A stretch of DNA of 64,000 bases, taken from NCBI GenBank assembly GCA_910576775.1, contig CAJTJV010000009.1, positions 9,066 to 73,065 on the forward strand, in the 5' to 3' direction. How positions within the stretch are numbered: the first letter of the stretch is position 1; each line of letters opens with the position of its first letter. The notes below the pieces were generated by a model that was not told where the DNA came from, made no database searches, and was given only the letters and a program-made list of their open reading frames with translations. The translations under genes and the position numbers were made by a program. Below, piece after piece: positions 59,248 to 64,000 of the stretch. The stretch comes from an uncultured Muribaculaceae bacterium (GTDB lineage Bacteria; Bacteroidota; Bacteroidia; Bacteroidales; Muribaculaceae).

Positions 59248-60030
59248 TCAGATGAGCCGGAAATGGCGCAGGGACTGCCGGAGTCCGTCATCGTCAATGT
59301 CCGCGGTGATATAGTCGGCCTCCTTTTTTACAGCTTCTGAAGAATTTCCCATCGCGACGCTTGTTCCGGTGGCACGGAACATCGGAATATCATTGCCGCC
59401 GTCGCCGAACGATATGGCTTCTTCTTTCGAAAGACCTCGGAGGTGGAGATAATCGCGGACACCGCTGCCTTTGTCGATTCCGGCAATATTTATGTCGGCA
59501 AATACATCGCACCATCTTGAAGAACATAGTCCGGGAAGTTCTTCCATTACTTTCCGTTCTGTTTCCGGGTCGGTGAAAATACACATCTGTCCGGTTCCTT
59601 CTTTTTCGAACAGAGCGCGGAGATTGCGCACCGGCGGGCAGGGCGATGCAATGCGTGCCGCCATTTCTTCGACCCGGGGAGTAACCCGGTCGACAACAAA
59701 ACCTTCCTTGAATTCAGCGGCGATAGCAAAATCATATCTCTTTCCCATTTCAAGAACGAGTTTGAACATCGTTTCGGGAATCGAATGGTGGTAGAGCTGG
59801 GTGCCGTCGCGCAACGCACATTCGGCGCCGTTCAATCCGATTATTGCAGAGTAATGTATCTCTTTGATTTCCGGTATGGGTTGAGCCGCGCGTCCGGTCG
59901 CTATAACTATTTCGATGCCGTTTTTAGTCAGTGTATTCAGACCAATGAGTGCGGAGGACGGTATGCGGTGTGAATTGAAACTCACAAGAGTTCCGTCAAT
60001 GTCGAAGAAAGCAATTTTTATTTCAGACAT
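59248..60030 (-). CDS. Cof-type HAD-IIB hydrolase
   Basis: FFDIDGTL, ATGR, NGA, KGSG, FGDGGNDIPM, AMGN. Confidence 0.92.
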   Translation of the reverse strand: MSEIKIAFFDIDGTLVSFNSHRIPSSALIGLNTLTKNGIEIVIATGRAAQPIPEIKEIHYSAIIGLNGAECALRDGTQLYHHSIPETMFKLVLEMGKRYDFAIAAEFKEGFVVDRVTPRVEEMAARIASPCPPVRNLRALFEKEGTGQMCIFTDPETERKVMEELPGLCSSRWCDVFADINIAGIDKGSGVRDYLHLRGLSKEEAISFGDGGNDIPMFRATGTSVAMGNSSEAVKKEADYITADIDDDGLRQSLRHFRLI

Positions 60031-60943
60031 TGTGTATGCTGCCGTTTTTTATTCGCGCGATATATTCCGTCGGGGTGATACCTTCAATATTTCTGAACAT
60101 ACGGCTGAGATGCTGGGGATAGTCGAAGCCGGCATTATATGCAACCTGGGAGACCGACATCCCGGATGCGAGGTCATTTTTTATTTTCTGAATGATGAAT
60201 CTGCGGATATGACTGCCCGATGTATCGCCTGTTGTCTTTTTCACCAGGTCGCTGAAATAATTGGGCGACATACAGAGGCGGTCCGCGAAATATTGTACAC
60301 CCGGCAGACCGTGTTTAAGTTGCATTCCGCTGTCGTAATATTCATTCAAAAGGCTGTTGAATCTGACAAGAATGTTTGAGTTGTCGAGTGTGCGTGTCAC
60401 GAACTGTCGCTGGTAAAAACGCATGCAGTAATTGAGCAGCAGGCTGATATATCCTACTATTATATTGTCCTGAAATCTGTCGCGTCCTGATTCAAGTTCA
60501 TTCTTGATATGGCGCATCATTGAAATGAAAACATCGCGTTCTTCGGCTGTCATGTGCAGCGCTTCATTGATATGATAATCGAAGAAAGTATAGTTCTTGA
60601 TTTCTTTCTGTAGATGAGTGCCGTGCAGGATATCCGGATGAAAAAGGAGCGCCCAGCCGTCAAGGTCTACAAGTTCCCCGTTGTCTTCCTTGCCGCCTGT
60701 CTGTCCCGGAGCTACGCAGATAAGAGTACCGTCGGTGTAATCATACCGTCCGCAGCCGTAAGTTAGGTCGCCGACAGAGAGATGTTCGTGCATGAACATG
60801 CCATATACATCGTAATTGTTGAGGCTGTGTCTGACAGGAGACAGCCGGTCAAATTCGATGACGCTGACAAGAGGGTGCGGGTCGCTTTGCCCGAGAAACC
60901 CGCTGTAATCGCCGGGATATTTTACATTGAGGATGTTGCTCAT
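60023..60943 (-). CDS. AraC-family transcriptional regulator
   Basis: HPLVSVI N-terminal domain; SPNYFSDLVKK; GFDYPQHLSRMF..G.TP; ATG at 60943. Confidence 0.92.
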   Translation of the reverse strand: MSNILNVKYPGDYSGFLGQSDPHPLVSVIEFDRLSPVRHSLNNYDVYGMFMHEHLSVGDLTYGCGRYDYTDGTLICVAPGQTGGKEDNGELVDLDGWALLFHPDILHGTHLQKEIKNYTFFDYHINEALHMTAEERDVFISMMRHIKNELESGRDRFQDNIIVGYISLLLNYCMRFYQRQFVTRTLDNSNILVRFNSLLNEYYDSGMQLKHGLPGVQYFADRLCMSPNYFSDLVKKTTGDTSGSHIRRFIIQKIKNDLASGMSVSQVAYNAGFDYPQHLSRMFRNIEGITPTEYIARIKNGSIHNV

Positions 60944-61105
60944 TTTGCGGGACGAGTAGGAACTTTTGGTGTCGTCAAAGATAGCTTTTTTATTGGAATT
61001 TTGCAAGATAGAAGATTGCAATCGTGAAAAATGGTTTGTACTGCCAATCAATCGTAACGTCTGAATGTTTTCCGCTGATTAATTTTGCATTATTAAAATA
61101 GGATA

Positions 61106-61312
61106 ATGCAGGATATTGATATAATTGGAATGATGCTAAATGAAGAGGTGGTATGTTATATTGCCCGTCGTCATCATTGCGATTCTCTTGAACTTGTTTC
61201 TTCTTTTGTATGGAAAGAAGATAGAGGCAAGGATTGGAGGCGGGGTCTCGAAACGAATGAAATAGAAATTATCGAGGGGCTGATTGACAGATACCGACAG
61301 ATTGATAAATAA
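61106..61312 (+). CDS. Small hypothetical protein
   Basis: 68-aa ORF after a TAATTTTG -7 element (61080-61087), divergent from araC and 8 nt before the next gene. Confidence 0.5.
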   Translation: MQDIDIIGMMLNEEVVCYIARRHHCDSLELVSSFVWKEDRGKDWRRGLETNEIEIIEGLIDRYRQIDK

Positions 61313-61320
61313 TAACCTGT

Positions 61321-61791
61321 ATGAAAAAGATATTTCTTATGGCGGCCGGCATGTTGGCATTATCTGGTCTTTTCCCCTTGCAGTATATGACGGCGGCTGT
61401 AAGAGAACCTGAAGATACTGAAAAACAAACCATGAACGCTGATACTGTTATAAAATTTCCTATGTCGGCTGACGGCATAATAAGACTTTCTAAAATTGAA
61501 ATATATCCCCAGTACGTGGAAGAGTATATGGAATATGCAGCTGAGGTCGGAGAAATTTCACTGCGTATAGAGCCGGGTGTCATCACCATGTATGCGCTTG
61601 CCGATAAAGAAAATCCTTGCCATATAACAATCCTTGAGACTTATTCCAGTCGCGAAGCGTATGCCGATCATATAAAATCCACACATTTTCAGAAATATAA
61701 GCAGGGTACATTTCATATGGTTAAATCTCTCGTTCTTGCCGATCAGATGCCGCTGAATCCGGCAAGTCACCTGATAAACGAAATAAGATAG
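61321..61791 (+). CDS. Exported antibiotic-biosynthesis-monooxygenase (ABM) domain protein
   Basis: Signal peptide; EPGV..MYA, ILETY..EAY..H..HFQKYK. Confidence 0.85.
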   Translation: MKKIFLMAAGMLALSGLFPLQYMTAAVREPEDTEKQTMNADTVIKFPMSADGIIRLSKIEIYPQYVEEYMEYAAEVGEISLRIEPGVITMYALADKENPCHITILETYSSREAYADHIKSTHFQKYKQGTFHMVKSLVLADQMPLNPASHLINEIR

Positions 61792-61816
61792 CCTTCTGCA
61801 CAACAGCGCAGAAGGC

Positions 61817-61850
61817 AACAAAAAAGAGCCTGAACAGGCTCTTTTTTGTT
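61817..61850. terminator. Bidirectional terminator between convergent genes
   Basis: AACAAAAAAGAGCCTG-AA-CAGGCTCTTTTTTGTT perfect 16-bp inverted repeat. Confidence 0.85.
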
Positions 61851-61860
61851 AGGTTCCGTA

Positions 61861-62649
61861 TTATCGTTTTATTTCCACCACTTCGGCGCGGCGATCCTGG
61901 AAATCATCGCCATATGCGTGAGTTGGTCCCATGCCGTGGACGGAGATGTTCTTGCGCGGGACTCCGTGGGCAACGAGATATTCGCCAATAGCTTTCGCGC
62001 GACGTTCGCTGAGCTTCTGGTTGTATGCCGGGCGTCCTTTCTCGTCGGTATAGGCACGGACATCGAGACACAGTCCGTTGGCTGTGGCATGCTCTGCGAT
62101 GGCGGTTAGTTCCTTGTTTTCTGGAACGGTTGTGGAATCGAACTCAAAAAGATACACTACAGTACCCGATGGTGTCTCTATTACAGCAGCTTTTGTCGGT
62201 TGCTGCGTGATGGCGCTGTTGTCTGTCACGGCGGCTGCGTATGATACGTTGGACTCTTCGGGATAGCTGTTTTCAAGCGTCGGCTCGAATGGAGACTGGA
62301 AAGGATCCGGAAGCGGGCCGTGGATTGTCGGATCACCGTAAGTGCCGCTCTGAGAAAAATATTCTTCTGTCGCCACGGCATGTTTTGACGGGTATTTGCG
62401 GTTGCCAATTTCATGGGCGCCGAGCAGATAGCAGACTACACCGAATGTCATGCCCAGAAGAACAGCGGCGCCGTAGCGTATTACTTTCGGGGTCTCTTCC
62501 GCGTCGGCTGTCACAGGAGGTACGCTGTCACTGTCAGCCATGGGGTCTGCGGCATCGAGGAGCGGTTTGGTTTCAGGAGCCTGAAGCCTGACGGCATCCT
62601 TATGGGCTGATATATGTTTCTGCCCGTTTTTGTCATCGGAAGTTGCCAT
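61861..62649 (-). CDS. Single-TM protein with C-terminal OmpA/MotB-like peptidoglycan-binding domain
   Basis: TM YGAAVLLGMTFGVVCYLLG; F.FDS, YTD..G..YN..LSERRA, DRRAEV. Confidence 0.85.
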   Translation of the reverse strand: MATSDDKNGQKHISAHKDAVRLQAPETKPLLDAADPMADSDSVPPVTADAEETPKVIRYGAAVLLGMTFGVVCYLLGAHEIGNRKYPSKHAVATEEYFSQSGTYGDPTIHGPLPDPFQSPFEPTLENSYPEESNVSYAAAVTDNSAITQQPTKAAVIETPSGTVVYLFEFDSTTVPENKELTAIAEHATANGLCLDVRAYTDEKGRPAYNQKLSERRAKAIGEYLVAHGVPRKNISVHGMGPTHAYGDDFQDRRAEVVEIKR

Positions 62650-62758
62650 ATCTTTGATTTTTATTAGTTGTAACGTTAGTTTTGTTCTTAACTAACAAAA
62701 ACGCCCCCGCAACAGTTGTCGCGGAGACGTTAAAACTAAGACGTTAAAAGTCTAAAAA

Positions 62759-64000
62759 TTACTTTATGGCCTCTTTCATTTCCTGTAGAGCCTTGGATAG
62801 TCCGTCGGCGTCCTTGCCTCCGGCCTGTGCGAACCCGGGCTGGCCACCTCCTCCGCCCTTGATGTTTCTGGCTGCGTTGCGTACGATTGTTGAAGCATTC
62901 AGGCCTGTCGCAACTATATCGTCGGTGAGCATAACAGTCAGTAGCGGCTTGCCAAGAGGGTCGGAAGTAGCGGCTACGAAGGCTGTATTCTCCGGTGACA
63001 TGGAACGTACTGCGAAAGCGACATTTTTGACTACTTCCGGGACTCTTACACCGCAGAACACTATTGTTTTGATTCCGGCTGAATCTGTTGCGGATTCGAG
63101 AAGCTCTTTGGTGATATTGTTTATACGTTCCTTGAAATATTCCTCTACCTGACGTTTGAGGTCGTGATTCTCTTCTACGGAACGGCGCAGGGCGGCGAGA
63201 ATGTCTGGGGCATTATTGAACATCTCACTGATATTTCTGATTGTTTCCCCTGCTTCATTCAGCATTTTCTCTACCTGCGGACCGGTGATAGCTTCGATTC
63301 GGCGTATGCCGGCGGCTATGCTTGATTCGCTGATAATCTTTATCATGCCGATATTGCCGGTATTGTCTACGTGTGTGCCGCCACAGAGCTCTACGGAGTC
63401 TCCGTAACGGATTACGCGGACCTCATCGCCGTATTTCTCTCCGAAGAGTGCCATGGCGCCCATGGCACGGGCTTCAGCGATGGGGACACTGCGGTGTTCG
63501 TCGCGTGCGATGGCTTCACGGACATGGCGGTTGGCGATATTCTCGACAGCTTTTATTTCTTCGAGTGTGAGTTTCTGGAAATGGGAGAAATCGAAGCGGA
63601 GCACTTCCGGCGACACGAAAGAACCTTTCTGTTCTACATGTGTTCCCAGAACTTCGCGTAGAGCCTGATGTAGCAGGTGTGTGGCGGTGTGGTTGCGGGA
63701 TGTGCCTTGGCGGGCTTCCGTGTCGATGGCGGCTCGGAATATGGCGTTTACGTCGGCGGGAAGCTCCTTGACGATAAGCACGCCTACGCCGTTCTCTCGT
63801 TTAGTGTCGGTGACTTTTGTTACGGTGCCTGTGGCGGTGTCTGTGAGAGTGCCGCTGTCACCTGTCTGTCCGCCCATTTCGGCATAGAAAGGAGTCTCGG
63901 AAAGGATAATCTGATAGTATTCGCGGTTTTTCTGTTTTACGTGTCGGTAACGGAGGATGTGGGCTTCACATTCGAATGTGTCGTATCCGACGAATTTCTG
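62759..64000 (-). CDS. alaS: Alanine--tRNA ligase, 3' part (5' end outside the window)
   Basis: TPFYAEMGGQ.GD, NHTATHLLH, RFDF, ELCGGTH, GIRRIEA, GGGGG.P.FAQAGG. Confidence 0.97.
   Translation of the reverse strand, partial: QKFVGYDTFECEAHILRYRHVKQKNREYYQIILSETPFYAEMGGQTGDSGTLTDTATGTVTKVTDTKRENGVGVLIVKELPADVNAIFRAAIDTEARQGTSRNHTATHLLHQALREVLGTHVEQKGSFVSPEVLRFDFSHFQKLTLEEIKAVENIANRHVREAIARDEHRSVPIAEARAMGAMALFGEKYGDEVRVIRYGDSVELCGGTHVDNTGNIGMIKIISESSIAAGIRRIEAITGPQVEKMLNEAGETIRNISEMFNNAPDILAALRRSVEENHDLKRQVEEYFKERINNITKELLESATDSAGIKTIVFCGVRVPEVVKNVAFAVRSMSPENTAFVAATSDPLGKPLLTVMLTDDIVATGLNASTIVRNAARNIKGGGGGQPGFAQAGGKDADGLSKALQEMKEAIK

Noticed and set aside
62675..62750. Short repeats (GACGTTAAAA twice, GTTAGTT/AACTAAC) after alaS
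   Set aside because: Too short; consistent with terminator or promoter context or chance, and no invertase is nearby

Overview
Chromosomal window from a Bacteroidales bacterium, most likely Muribaculaceae-like (inference from TAnnTTTG -7 promoters, T9SS cargo proteins, the MurF-Alr fusion and rpmB-rpmG-DUF4295). Left to right: a cobalamin-riboswitch-controlled B12 uptake operon (btuB, btuG, btuH-like, a T9SS-type protein, continuing off the left edge); housekeeping and envelope genes (pgeF, tilS, a glycoside hydrolase, AsmA-like, aroB, waaA, gltX, malic enzyme, tamL, pgm, porE, murF-alr); tRNA-Val(TAC) followed by an accessory block holding a collapsed type III restriction-modification relic and a four-gene cassette of T9SS-secreted proteins (repeat adhesin, propeller/FN3 adhesin, S8 protease, unknown); rmlA-rmlC-rmlB-wzx; an ECF sigma factor; ribosomal protein genes; and the 3' part of alaS. 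The most notable non-routine signals are a putative T9SS-secreted, transcobalamin-like B12-binding protein, two apparent pseudo-enzymes (ArgC-like and glutaminase-like), a nested REP-like palindrome cluster, and a dispersed hairpin repeat that carries a promoter. No CRISPR array, integrase or intact transposase was seen. All family assignments are from motif recognition by eye, without database searches.
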